Source: Candidatus Aenigmatarchaeota archaeon (lineage in GTDB: Archaea > Aenigmatarchaeota > Aenigmatarchaeia > Aenigmatarchaeales > Aenigmatarchaeaceae). From it: a stretch of DNA of 37,119 bases. The notes under the pieces are model-generated. The model saw only the letters and a list, made by a program, of their open reading frames with translations, ran no database searches and was not told the DNA's origin. Of this stretch, positions 1-8,337 are shown piece after piece. Each line of letters begins with the position of its first letter. Within the stretch, counting starts at the first letter, position 1. A program made the position numbers and the translations under genes. Where the stretch lies: contig JAWBOD010000001.1 of NCBI GenBank assembly GCA_039000735.1, positions 1 through 37,119 on the forward strand. Reading direction: 5' to 3'.

Positions 1-2
1 TT

Positions 3-2075
3 AAAGTCGATGAAAATGTAACAATTTACACAACGCCTAAAACTGCTAAAATATTTGACATATCTAATGAAGGATGGGTTAAGGCAGAATGCGTTCCACC
101 AAATGCTACCATAGATTTTTATCCTGTTATTTATGCAGATAAAAATTATGTTTTTTGGGGTTTAGACGAGCCATTAAGTTTTTCAAGTAATGCATGGGAA
201 ATTTTTGATAGAGCTATATTATATGTTTTAAATGATACTGCTTGGTTAATAAACGCTTTTGCTTTACCAAGCGTTGCAACCATTAATCAGGATGTTTTAA
301 TTTTTGCAAATGTAACTCAAAATGGTAAGCCAGTTTCAGGAACAGTTAATTTTACTGCCGATGGCCTTAGCGGAACCATGAGCTATAATGGCTATTGGAT
401 TTCTTCAATAAAACCTTTAGAAGAAAAGCAATACATTATAAGAATAAATGCGTATTCAAAATCATTAAGAGGTTCTTTTGATTTGCCTTTAAATGTTGGT
501 AGCTTAAACATAGAATTGCTTACACCTAACTTTAAGCCGTACTCAAGATATTTTTTAAGCGCAAAAATTCAGGGGGCAAGCTTAGCGTCTTATAGGATTT
601 TAGACCCATTTAGTTATAATATTTTGTTTCAAGGAAGTTTAGATTGCCAGAACAGCTTATGCAATGCTACAATTGAAAACATGCCGAATTTTAACAATTT
701 ATTATTAGAGATAACTGCTTCTGGAAGTGGAAAGGTAGGAGGAATTTTAAAAATATTAACAAAGGAAAGCTTAGCAACAGATAAAGATGTTTACAAGCCA
801 GGGGAAACAATAAAAATAGACCTTTTTTCTGAAGGAATAAATCAAGCAAACTTAACAATAATAAAACCTGATGGAACAAAAGAAACCCCAGGCCCATTGC
901 CAATGGATTTCGTATCAACAAATCATTTTAGCAAAAACTATACTCTTAACGTAAATTCTTTAAACGGAACTTACATTATTTTTGTTAAAACTCCTAAGGA
1001 AGAATACAATAAAACAATAGATGTAATTGCTTGGAGAGCTTATGCTTATTTAAATAAAAATAACTTTGATGTTTTTGAAGACCTTTTGCTTACAGTAGGA
1101 ACAGCAGATGCTCCTAGCAATTTAGACATTTATGTTTTAGCTGAAATAACAAGGCCAGATGAAACAAAGATTTCCTTAGGTGAAAAAACAATAAAGTCAA
1201 ACAGTGCTTGTAACTTTTCTTATTACATTCCAAAAGGTTATCCAAGTGGCATATCAAAAGTTAAAATAAGCTTAAAGGATTCTTTTAACAGAACATCTAA
1301 CTTAGAATTAAACTTTTCAACAAATATAAGTGTTTTGCAACCAAGCCTTTTTGTTACACCATCAACCATATCTGTAACAACAATTCCAGAAAAAATGGTA
1401 GAAAAAACATTTGTTCTTGAAAACACGGCAACAAAAGAAACAAAAATAATTACAAACGCAACCTTAAAGGCCTTTATTAATGCTCCAGCATCCTTAGGCC
1501 CAAAAGAAAAAGCTAATGTTAAGGTAATAATAGATACAAGGCCTTACTCTGAAGGTTTTTACACAGAAAAAATTAATTTTTACAGCCAGGTTGGTGACGC
1601 AGAAATAACTGTAAACTTAGAAATAATTGGTAACATTGAATTAAAAGCATCTGAAAAACTTGAAGAATTAAACTCTTTGGAAAATAACATTACTTACTTA
1701 AGTAAGCTTTTAGTTAATGTAACAGATGCTTTAAAGCTTTTAAACGAAACTAAGGAAACTTTAAATGATGCTGTAAGAGAATATAGAAATGAAAACTTTG
1801 TAAATGCAAAAACTAAGTTTGATGAAGCTTTAGAAAAAGCTAAGGAATTGGAAATTGTTGTAAGCAATCTTTATCAAAATGTTCCAGACTATAGCTTTGT
1901 AATATGGTATTTTGCCTTAGCAGTTGTTGTAGTGATAGTAGGATTAACTGTTTTTAAGATTAAAACAAGAAGAAAAAAACAAAAAGTTAAAAAAGTTATT
2001 GTTAAGAAAGAAGAACCAAAAGAAGAGATTTTCTTTGAACCAAAAGGCGGAGAATATAGAACAGAATATTATTAA
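3..2075 (+). CDS. Cell-surface (S-layer/adhesin-like) glycoprotein, 5'-truncated by window edge
   Basis: The frame of the 378..2075 ORF stays open back to nt 3 (KVDENVTIYTTPK...), so the gene begins upstream of the window. I count 18 N-x-S/T sequons. There is a coiled-coil-like stretch (ELKASEKLEELNSLENN...EALEKAKELE), one C-terminal TM helix (FVIWYFALAVVVVIVGLTVF) and a Lys/Arg-rich tail. Confidence 0.7.
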   Translation, partial: KVDENVTIYTTPKTAKIFDISNEGWVKAECVPPNATIDFYPVIYADKNYVFWGLDEPLSFSSNAWEIFDRAILYVLNDTAWLINAFALPSVATINQDVLIFANVTQNGKPVSGTVNFTADGLSGTMSYNGYWISSIKPLEEKQYIIRINAYSKSLRGSFDLPLNVGSLNIELLTPNFKPYSRYFLSAKIQGASLASYRILDPFSYNILFQGSLDCQNSLCNATIENMPNFNNLLLEITASGSGKVGGILKILTKESLATDKDVYKPGETIKIDLFSEGINQANLTIIKPDGTKETPGPLPMDFVSTNHFSKNYTLNVNSLNGTYIIFVKTPKEEYNKTIDVIAWRAYAYLNKNNFDVFEDLLLTVGTADAPSNLDIYVLAEITRPDETKISLGEKTIKSNSACNFSYYIPKGYPSGISKVKISLKDSFNRTSNLELNFSTNISVLQPSLFVTPSTISVTTIPEKMVEKTFVLENTATKETKIITNATLKAFINAPASLGPKEKANVKVIIDTRPYSEGFYTEKINFYSQVGDAEITVNLEIIGNIELKASEKLEELNSLENNITYLSKLLVNVTDALKLLNETKETLNDAVREYRNENFVNAKTKFDEALEKAKELEIVVSNLYQNVPDYSFVIWYFALAVVVVIVGLTVFKIKTRRKKQKVKKVIVKKEEPKEEIFFEPKGGEYRTEYY

Positions 2076-2100
2076 AATATTTCTAAATTAAATTTTTATT

Positions 2101-2910
2101 ATGCCAACAAATGTTACAGTTGAGTATGCAAAAGCACAGCAAAAATATTTAAATGCAAAAACAAGAGAAGAAAAGATTGCTGCTTTAGAAGAAATGATAA
2201 GTGCTGTGCCAGATCATAAGGGTACTGAAAATCTAAGAGCACAATTAAAACAAAGGCTTGCTAAGTTAAAAAGGCAAGCAGAAGCCAAGGTTGCTAGAAA
2301 ATCAATAACAATTCCTAAAGAAGGCGATGCTCAAGTATGCATAATAGGCTTAACACAGTCTGGAAAATCAACCTTGCTTTCTAAGCTTACCAATGCTAAG
2401 CCAGAAATCTCTAATCATCCTTACACAACAACAAAGCCAGAAATAGGAACTTGTGATTACGAAGGTGTTAAAATACAATTAATTGAAATTCCTTCTTCCT
2501 TTGAGTCATCAGTAATGAACATAGCACAAAATGCAGACTTGATTATTTTGCTTTATAAAAATGAGCAAGACCTTTTAGAATTAAAAAATGTTTTGTCTAA
2601 GTTTAGAATTAAAAAGAATTTTATTGAAGTAAATAGAGATGAAGAATTAGAAGAAATTAAAAGCAAGATATGGAATTCTTTAAATTTAATAAGAGTTTAT
2701 TGCAAAGAACCTGGCAAAAAACCTGAAGAAAAACCAATGATTTTGAAAAAAGGATCTACAATTAAGGATGCAGCTAAAAAATTACACAAAGACTTTTTAA
2801 AATATTTTAGATTTGCAAGGGTTTGGGGATCTTCAAAGTATCCAGGAGAAAAGGTTGGCTTAAGCTATGAATTAAAAGATAAGGATATTTTAGAAGTCCA
2901 TATAGGTTAA
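2101..2910 (+). CDS. Obg/DRG-family GTP-binding protein with C-terminal TGS domain (short form)
   Basis: N-terminal helical region with PDHKGTENLRAQLKQRLAKLKRQ. G1 is GLTQSGKST and G2 is HPYTTTKPEIG. The C-terminal TGS-like region is RVYCKEPGKKP...KDILEVH. The G3 position reads EIPS rather than DxPG, and no NKxD is seen. Confidence 0.7.
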   Translation: MPTNVTVEYAKAQQKYLNAKTREEKIAALEEMISAVPDHKGTENLRAQLKQRLAKLKRQAEAKVARKSITIPKEGDAQVCIIGLTQSGKSTLLSKLTNAKPEISNHPYTTTKPEIGTCDYEGVKIQLIEIPSSFESSVMNIAQNADLIILLYKNEQDLLELKNVLSKFRIKKNFIEVNRDEELEEIKSKIWNSLNLIRVYCKEPGKKPEEKPMILKKGSTIKDAAKKLHKDFLKYFRFARVWGSSKYPGEKVGLSYELKDKDILEVHIG

Positions 2911-2940
2911 CCTTTTATAGTTTCTAATTAAATTATTATT

Positions 2941-3300
2941 ATGGTTAATGAAGGTTTGCCAGAATCTTGGTATTCTCAAATTGAGAAATCTAAAGAAAAG
3001 GCTAGAAAATTTTTAAAAAAGGTAATAGCTGTTGATTTAAATGACTCAATTTTAGTTGGTGTTTTAAATGATGTTTCTCTAGATAAGCTTTTTAGGTTAA
3101 AGTATCCTTTTTGTAAGTTAACCTTAATTAAAGCAAAAAAGTATAGCTTAGATGGAAAACTTGAGAAACAAATAGAAGGAGAACAAATATGTTTTGTTAA
3201 CAAGCCACAAATGATTATGGATATGGAAGAGCTTTCAAAAAAATTCCCTGAAATTCATGAAGATATTCATGTTGATTTAAGAAGAGGAAGGTTTGGTTAA
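2941..3300 (+). CDS. Hypothetical protein
   Basis: 119-aa ORF in a tight same-strand operon, immediately followed by the next start (TAA ATG). No motif recognised. Confidence 0.5.
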   Translation: MVNEGLPESWYSQIEKSKEKARKFLKKVIAVDLNDSILVGVLNDVSLDKLFRLKYPFCKLTLIKAKKYSLDGKLEKQIEGEQICFVNKPQMIMDMEELSKKFPEIHEDIHVDLRRGRFG

Positions 3301-3483
3301 ATGGCCCTAAAGCAAATTGAAGACAAAAAGAAAAGCGATATGACAAGATGTCCGAGGTGTGGAGAAGAAGCTATTTTAATAGATGGAAGATTTGTTAGAT
3401 GGTTAAATTGCCCAAAATGCAAGTTTAAAAAGCTTTTAGAAAAGGAAGACGAAACAACAAAGGTTAGGGTTAAAGATATTTAA
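3301..3483 (+). CDS. Small C4 zinc-ribbon protein
   Basis: CPRCG-x15-CPKC arrangement in a 60-aa ORF that abuts the upstream stop. Confidence 0.55.
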   Translation: MALKQIEDKKKSDMTRCPRCGEEAILIDGRFVRWLNCPKCKFKKLLEKEDETTKVRVKDI

Positions 3484-3507
3484 AGTTTGACTTTCTTAGT
3501 TTATGGA

Positions 3508-3786
3508 ATGAAAAGAAGAGAAAGTTTAGAAATTGTAAAGGGTTTGTTAGATTATTTGGTAGAGCCTAATTCAATAACTTATATAATGAGAAAAAATAAC
3601 TTAAGCTTTGAGCAGGCTAACAGCTATTTAAATTCTCTTATAAAAGTTGGTTATTTGGAAAAAATAGAAAGTCCTGTTCAAGGCAATTCAAAATATGCAT
3701 ACCAAACAACAGAAAAAGGTTTACGTGCTCTTGAAGTTATTAAAGATGCTTCTGAAATTATGAAAGAGATTAAGAAACATTTATAA
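3508..3786 (+). CDS. Winged-helix DNA-binding protein
   Basis: wHTH-like pattern (ITYIMRKNNLSFEQANSYLNSLIKVGYLEK...YQTTEKG). ATG at 3508; an alternative TTG at 3487 is used by the ORF track. Confidence 0.55.
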   Translation: MKRRESLEIVKGLLDYLVEPNSITYIMRKNNLSFEQANSYLNSLIKVGYLEKIESPVQGNSKYAYQTTEKGLRALEVIKDASEIMKEIKKHL

Positions 3787-3809
3787 TATTGAAAATAACA
3801 ATTCTTAAT

Positions 3810-5171
3810 ATGCTTAACAATTATTCTAGCAAAATTAAAAAAGCTTTAAAGGGAATAAAAATAGGAGATAGAATTTCTATTACAAAAGGTAAGCAAAAAT
3901 ATGAAGGATTGCTAATGCCTAGGCCAGAACTTGGAGACAAGGATTGTATTGTTTTAAAGCTAGACAATGGTTATAACATAGGGATAAGATTTGAGAGGGG
4001 GATAAAAATTGAAAAAAGCAAAAAACCTGAACCAAGAGAAATTAAAAAGGAAATTGAATTTGAACTTGGAAAGGAACATTTTAAGGCTTTAAGCTTCGAT
4101 GAAAAAAATCCAAAAATTTCTATTTTAATGACAGGTGGGACAATAATTTCTAGGGTAGATTACAGAACTGGTGGGGTTTATGCTTTAGAAAAGCCAGAAG
4201 AGCTTTTAACAAATGTACCAGAACTAAAAAATATTGTTTACATTAAAGATGTTTTAAGCCCATTTAAAAAAATGTCTGAAGATTTTGATTATAAAGATTG
4301 GCAAAATTTAGCAAAGATTGTAGCCAAAGAATTAAACAAAAATGAAGGCATAATAATAACTCATGGTACTGATACAATGCATTACACTTCTGCTGCTTTG
4401 TCTTTTATGCTTAAAAATCTTTACAAGCCAGTTGTTTTAGTTGGAGCTCAAAGGTCAGCCGATAGAGGAAGTTCTGATGCTTTTATTAATTTAATTTGTT
4501 CTGCTTACGTTGCTAAATCAAATATAGCAGAAGTTGGAGTTTGCATGCATGGTTCAATTGATGATCAATACTGCTATTTTATTAGAGGTACTAAATGTCG
4601 TAAGCTTCATAGCACAAGAAGAGATGCCTTTAGGGCCGTAAACGAAATGCCTTTAGCAAAAGTATGGGTAGATGGTAAAATTGACATTTTAAATAAAAAT
4701 CATAAGCAAAGAAACAATAATGAAGAAGTAAAAGCTGATGTAAAGTTTGAACCAAAAGTTGCTTTATTAAAAACTTATCCTGGCAGCGAACCAGAAATTT
4801 TAGAATTCTTAGTTAAAAAAGGCTATAAAGGATTTGTTATTGAAGGAACAGGAATGGGTCATGTTCCAACATTTGCTAAAAAATCCTGGATACCAACAAT
4901 TAAAAAATTAATAAAAGATGAAATACCTGTTGTTATTGCAACGCAAACAATTTATGGTAGAGTTAACACAAACGTTTACACAAATTTAAGAATTCTGTTT
5001 CACGAAGCTAAGGCCATTCCTGCAGAAGATATGCTTAGCGAAACAGCTTATGTAAAGTTAGGTTGGGTTTTAGGACACACCAAAGATTTAGATAAAGTTA
5101 GAGAGTTGATGCTTACAAATTTGGCAGGAGAAATTACTGAAAGGAGTGAAATAGAAGCCTTTTTGGTGTGA
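3810..5171 (+). CDS. gatD: Glutamyl-tRNA(Gln) amidotransferase subunit D
   Basis: N-terminal GDRISITKG...YEGLLMP...LKLDNGYNIG, then an asparaginase-like domain (ILMTGGTI, HGTDTM, GAQRS). Directly precedes and overlaps gatE. Alternative TTG start at 3789. Confidence 0.9.
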   Translation: MLNNYSSKIKKALKGIKIGDRISITKGKQKYEGLLMPRPELGDKDCIVLKLDNGYNIGIRFERGIKIEKSKKPEPREIKKEIEFELGKEHFKALSFDEKNPKISILMTGGTIISRVDYRTGGVYALEKPEELLTNVPELKNIVYIKDVLSPFKKMSEDFDYKDWQNLAKIVAKELNKNEGIIITHGTDTMHYTSAALSFMLKNLYKPVVLVGAQRSADRGSSDAFINLICSAYVAKSNIAEVGVCMHGSIDDQYCYFIRGTKCRKLHSTRRDAFRAVNEMPLAKVWVDGKIDILNKNHKQRNNNEEVKADVKFEPKVALLKTYPGSEPEILEFLVKKGYKGFVIEGTGMGHVPTFAKKSWIPTIKKLIKDEIPVVIATQTIYGRVNTNVYTNLRILFHEAKAIPAEDMLSETAYVKLGWVLGHTKDLDKVRELMLTNLAGEITERSEIEAFLV

Positions 5172-5173
5172 AA

Positions 5174-6622
5174 ATGAAAAATTATGAAGAAATTGGTTTT
5201 AAATGTGGTTTGGAATTACACAACAGATTAAATGTTAAAACAAAATTATTTTGCAAATGCAAACCAAGTTTTTCAAATGAAAAGCCAACTAACATTATAT
5301 TAAGAAAGCTAAGGCCGGTGGCTGGCGAGACTGGCCAAGTAGATGTAGCTGCTATGCACGAGTATTTAAAAAATAAGAAATTTTTATATCAAACCTTTCC
5401 AGAAACTGTATGCTTGGTTGAATGCGATGAAGAACCAATACATTCTTTAAATCAAGAAGCTTTGGAAGTTACAATACAGGTAGCAAAATTATTAAAAGCA
5501 GAAATTCCAGACGAGATTCATGTAATGCGCAAAATTGTTATTGATGGTAGTTCTGTTTCAAGTTTTCAAAGAACTGCAATTGTTGGCTTAAATGGAGTTT
5601 TAGAAACCTCTAAAGGCATTGTAAGAATAACAAACATTTGCTTAGAAGAGGAATCTGCTGGTATTGTTGACAAGGCTAACGATGAAGTTACTTATAGACT
5701 TGACAGGCTATGCATACCTTTAATAGAAATTGGCACAGCTCCGGACATTAAAACACCAGAACATGCAAAAGAAGTTGCTGAAAAACTAGGAATGATTATA
5801 AGGTCTACAGGTAAAAGTCAAAGAGGCTTAGGCGTAACAAGGCAAGACTTAAATGTTTCTATAAAAGGTGGAGCAAGAGTTGAAATAAAAGGTGTTCAAG
5901 AACTTGACATGATACCATTAATAATAGAAAATGAGATAAAAAGACAACAAGATTTGATAGCTAGAGGCATAAAGCCAAAAGAAGAAACAAGGGTTGCCAA
6001 GGAAGATGGAACAACAGAATATATGAGACCTTTGCCAGGAGAATTTCGAATGTATCCTGAAACAGACAGCTTACCCATAATTATAACAAAAGATTTTATT
6101 TCAAAAATAAAGACACCTGAAACCTGGGAGGAAAAGGCAAAAAGATTTTCAAAATTTTTACCTAAAGAAATGGTAGATCAAATATTAAGAAGTGAGTATT
6201 TAGATTTGTTTGAAAAGTTTTCTAAGAATTACGATCCTGTTTTAGTTGCAAACACATTTATTTCTACAATAAAGGATTTAAAAAGAAAAGGTTTTGTTTT
6301 TGATTTAAAAGAGGAAGAATTTGAAGAATTATTTTCAAATATAAATAAAAAAATATCAAAAGAAGCAATACCAACTGTTTTAGAAATTGCTTGCAAAGAA
6401 AAAATTTCTATTAAAGATGCAATTGAAAAAAGTGGTTTAAAGTTTTTAAGCGAAGATGAATTAAGAAAGTTAATAAGAAAAGTTTTTGAAAAAAATCCAA
6501 ACCTTGTTAAAGAAAAAAGAGTTTCTGCCCTAATGGGAGAAATAATGAAAGAAGTAAGAGGTTCTGTGGACGGAAAAATAGTTTTTAAAGTTTTAAACGA
6601 AGAATTAAAAAATAAAAATTAA
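5174..6622 (+). CDS. gatE: Glutamyl-tRNA(Gln) amidotransferase subunit E (short form)
   Basis: GLELHNRL..KLFCKC, LRPVAGETGQVD, CLVECDEEP, MRKIVIDGSSVSSFQRT, RQDLNVSI, RVEIKGVQ and a YqeY-like tail. Alternative GTG start at 5168 overlaps the gatD stop. Confidence 0.9.
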   Translation: MKNYEEIGFKCGLELHNRLNVKTKLFCKCKPSFSNEKPTNIILRKLRPVAGETGQVDVAAMHEYLKNKKFLYQTFPETVCLVECDEEPIHSLNQEALEVTIQVAKLLKAEIPDEIHVMRKIVIDGSSVSSFQRTAIVGLNGVLETSKGIVRITNICLEEESAGIVDKANDEVTYRLDRLCIPLIEIGTAPDIKTPEHAKEVAEKLGMIIRSTGKSQRGLGVTRQDLNVSIKGGARVEIKGVQELDMIPLIIENEIKRQQDLIARGIKPKEETRVAKEDGTTEYMRPLPGEFRMYPETDSLPIIITKDFISKIKTPETWEEKAKRFSKFLPKEMVDQILRSEYLDLFEKFSKNYDPVLVANTFISTIKDLKRKGFVFDLKEEEFEELFSNINKKISKEAIPTVLEIACKEKISIKDAIEKSGLKFLSEDELRKLIRKVFEKNPNLVKEKRVSALMGEIMKEVRGSVDGKIVFKVLNEELKNKN

Positions 6623-7278
6623 GAACCATAAAGCCTTTGTAAACCTGCTATGTCACCATATTCTAGTGTTCTTTTCTTAGTTTCTCCATAATCGCTATAT
6701 CCGTACATTGTTTGTTCTGAGCAAACACTAGTGTATAAATCTGCTAAGCCTATTCCATGACCTGTTTCATGGGTTGCTATATTTTGCCAATCCATTACTG
6801 TTGGGTCTTTAGTTGCATCCCCCCATTTAAAATCAGAATCAAACATAACATCGTATTCAACTATTTCTTTACTTTTTCTTGTATACCACGTTCTTGTTAC
6901 TGCTATAACGCCTGATTGTGGGTAATTACCATAACTATATTCATTTCTTCCATCAGGGGAGCTATCAAAGTTTGCCGAACCGTCTATTTCATAGCTTCCA
7001 AACAAGTTAGTTGATGTATATTTGTCCCACTCATTTGTTGAAGCTATAATAGCAGAAGAATCTATCATTGGGCTTATAACATAGTTTATTGGAAAGCTTT
7101 TCCATTTAATACCCATTAACTTATAGCATAGCTGTGCTTTAGATTCAATGCCAACTATTTTTACTGCACCATTTTTGTAATGTATAAAAGTTATGCTGTC
7201 CAATGGTTCTTTGTACTTTGCAAATGTTGCTGTTGTTAATACAATTAAGACTGTTGCTAAAACCAGGAGTTTTTTCAT
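6619..7278 (-). CDS. Secreted zinc metalloprotease, metzincin (matrixin/snapalysin-like)
   Basis: Signal peptide MKKLLVLATVLIVLTTATFA. Zinc motif is HETGHGIGLAD (HExxHxxGxxD), followed by a Met-turn-like TMYGY. Convergent 4-nt overlap with the gatE stop. Confidence 0.75.
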   Translation of the reverse strand: MKKLLVLATVLIVLTTATFAKYKEPLDSITFIHYKNGAVKIVGIESKAQLCYKLMGIKWKSFPINYVISPMIDSSAIIASTNEWDKYTSTNLFGSYEIDGSANFDSSPDGRNEYSYGNYPQSGVIAVTRTWYTRKSKEIVEYDVMFDSDFKWGDATKDPTVMDWQNIATHETGHGIGLADLYTSVCSEQTMYGYSDYGETKKRTLEYGDIAGLQRLYGS

Positions 7279-7316
7279 TTTTTCACTTATATTCTTTAGT
7301 TAAGTAAATATAAAAA

Positions 7317-8255
7317 TTATTCTAAAAACTCAGCAAAATCAATAATCCCATCGCTATTCTTATCAATACCCTCAACAACTTTTGCATAAATTTTTGAATC
7401 ATACGAATTTCCTTTGCAAATTTCATCAAATTTTTGCAAGAAAGCTAGTATGGCAGCTCTTGTTCCTGCAGCCCTTCTACCAGCCACAACTAAAATTTCT
7501 TTTGTTTTTTCAAATGGATTTTTTGTTTTAACAATTATTCCACAACCTTCTTCTGAGTAACTTTTTTTAGATACGCTTGAATAAATGCTAGAATAATAAT
7601 TTTCTTGATATTTTATTTTCTCAAATCTTATTGGAAGTTTAGAATTTACCTTAGCTGTTATAAAATTTACTCCAGGTCCTCCAATTAATATTAAATTATT
7701 TTTTAAATCTTCTTCTTTTACTTCGGTATCTAACTTAGTAGAATTTTCTGGCTTATAATTTAGAAAAGTACCTAAAAGCAAGCCCAAGTCAGTAGCAAAC
7801 AAACCATCTTTTGCTCTAACTTTAGCTAAACCATGAGGTTCTGGACTTCCCATAATTATTAAAGCATTTAGTCTGCCATCAAGTATAAACGGTTCTAAGA
7901 AATTTTTATATTCCTTTTTTAAATGAAAGATTTTTTGAGACTCTTCTAAAGGTTTTAACGTAACTGTAAAGGCATAATCAGATAAAGTATAAAACTTTGC
8001 TAAGGCACCTTGCCTTTTTTCTTCTTTTAACTTCTCTACTAAACCTGCTTTTTCTAAATTTCTAATATGATAATAAACTTTTTGCTCATTTACTTTAAGT
8101 TTTTCACCAATTTCTTTAGGATAGCTTGGCCTTTCTGATAATATTTTAAGAATTTTCCAAGCTAAAGGCGATAAAGCTACTTTTAATTGCTTTGGCTCTA
8201 AAATTTTTGTTGATAAGCTAAAGGTTTTACCATTTTTTTGTTCGATTACAAACAT
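7317..8255 (-). CDS. ArsR-type winged-helix transcriptional regulator with C-terminal EF-hand loop
   Basis: N-terminal wHTH (LAWKILKILSERPSYPKEIGEKLKVNEQKVYYHIRNLEKAGLV), a central domain of unknown function, and C-terminal DKNSDGIIDFAEF. Confidence 0.7.
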   Translation of the reverse strand: MFVIEQKNGKTFSLSTKILEPKQLKVALSPLAWKILKILSERPSYPKEIGEKLKVNEQKVYYHIRNLEKAGLVEKLKEEKRQGALAKFYTLSDYAFTVTLKPLEESQKIFHLKKEYKNFLEPFILDGRLNALIIMGSPEPHGLAKVRAKDGLFATDLGLLLGTFLNYKPENSTKLDTEVKEEDLKNNLILIGGPGVNFITAKVNSKLPIRFEKIKYQENYYSSIYSSVSKKSYSEEGCGIIVKTKNPFEKTKEILVVAGRRAAGTRAAILAFLQKFDEICKGNSYDSKIYAKVVEGIDKNSDGIIDFAEFLE

Positions 8256-8337
8256 ATCTAACCACTAAAAATCATTTTTTAATGATATTATAATTTTTTT
8301 AATAATATTTATATTTAAAAATTTTTAAAGCTTATTT

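Noticed and set aside
691-6078. Minus-strand ORFs 691..921, 1238..1426, 2976..3203 and 5896..6078
   Set aside because: Each lies wholly inside a longer, better-supported plus-strand gene and has a low-complexity Leu/Phe/Ser-rich translation.
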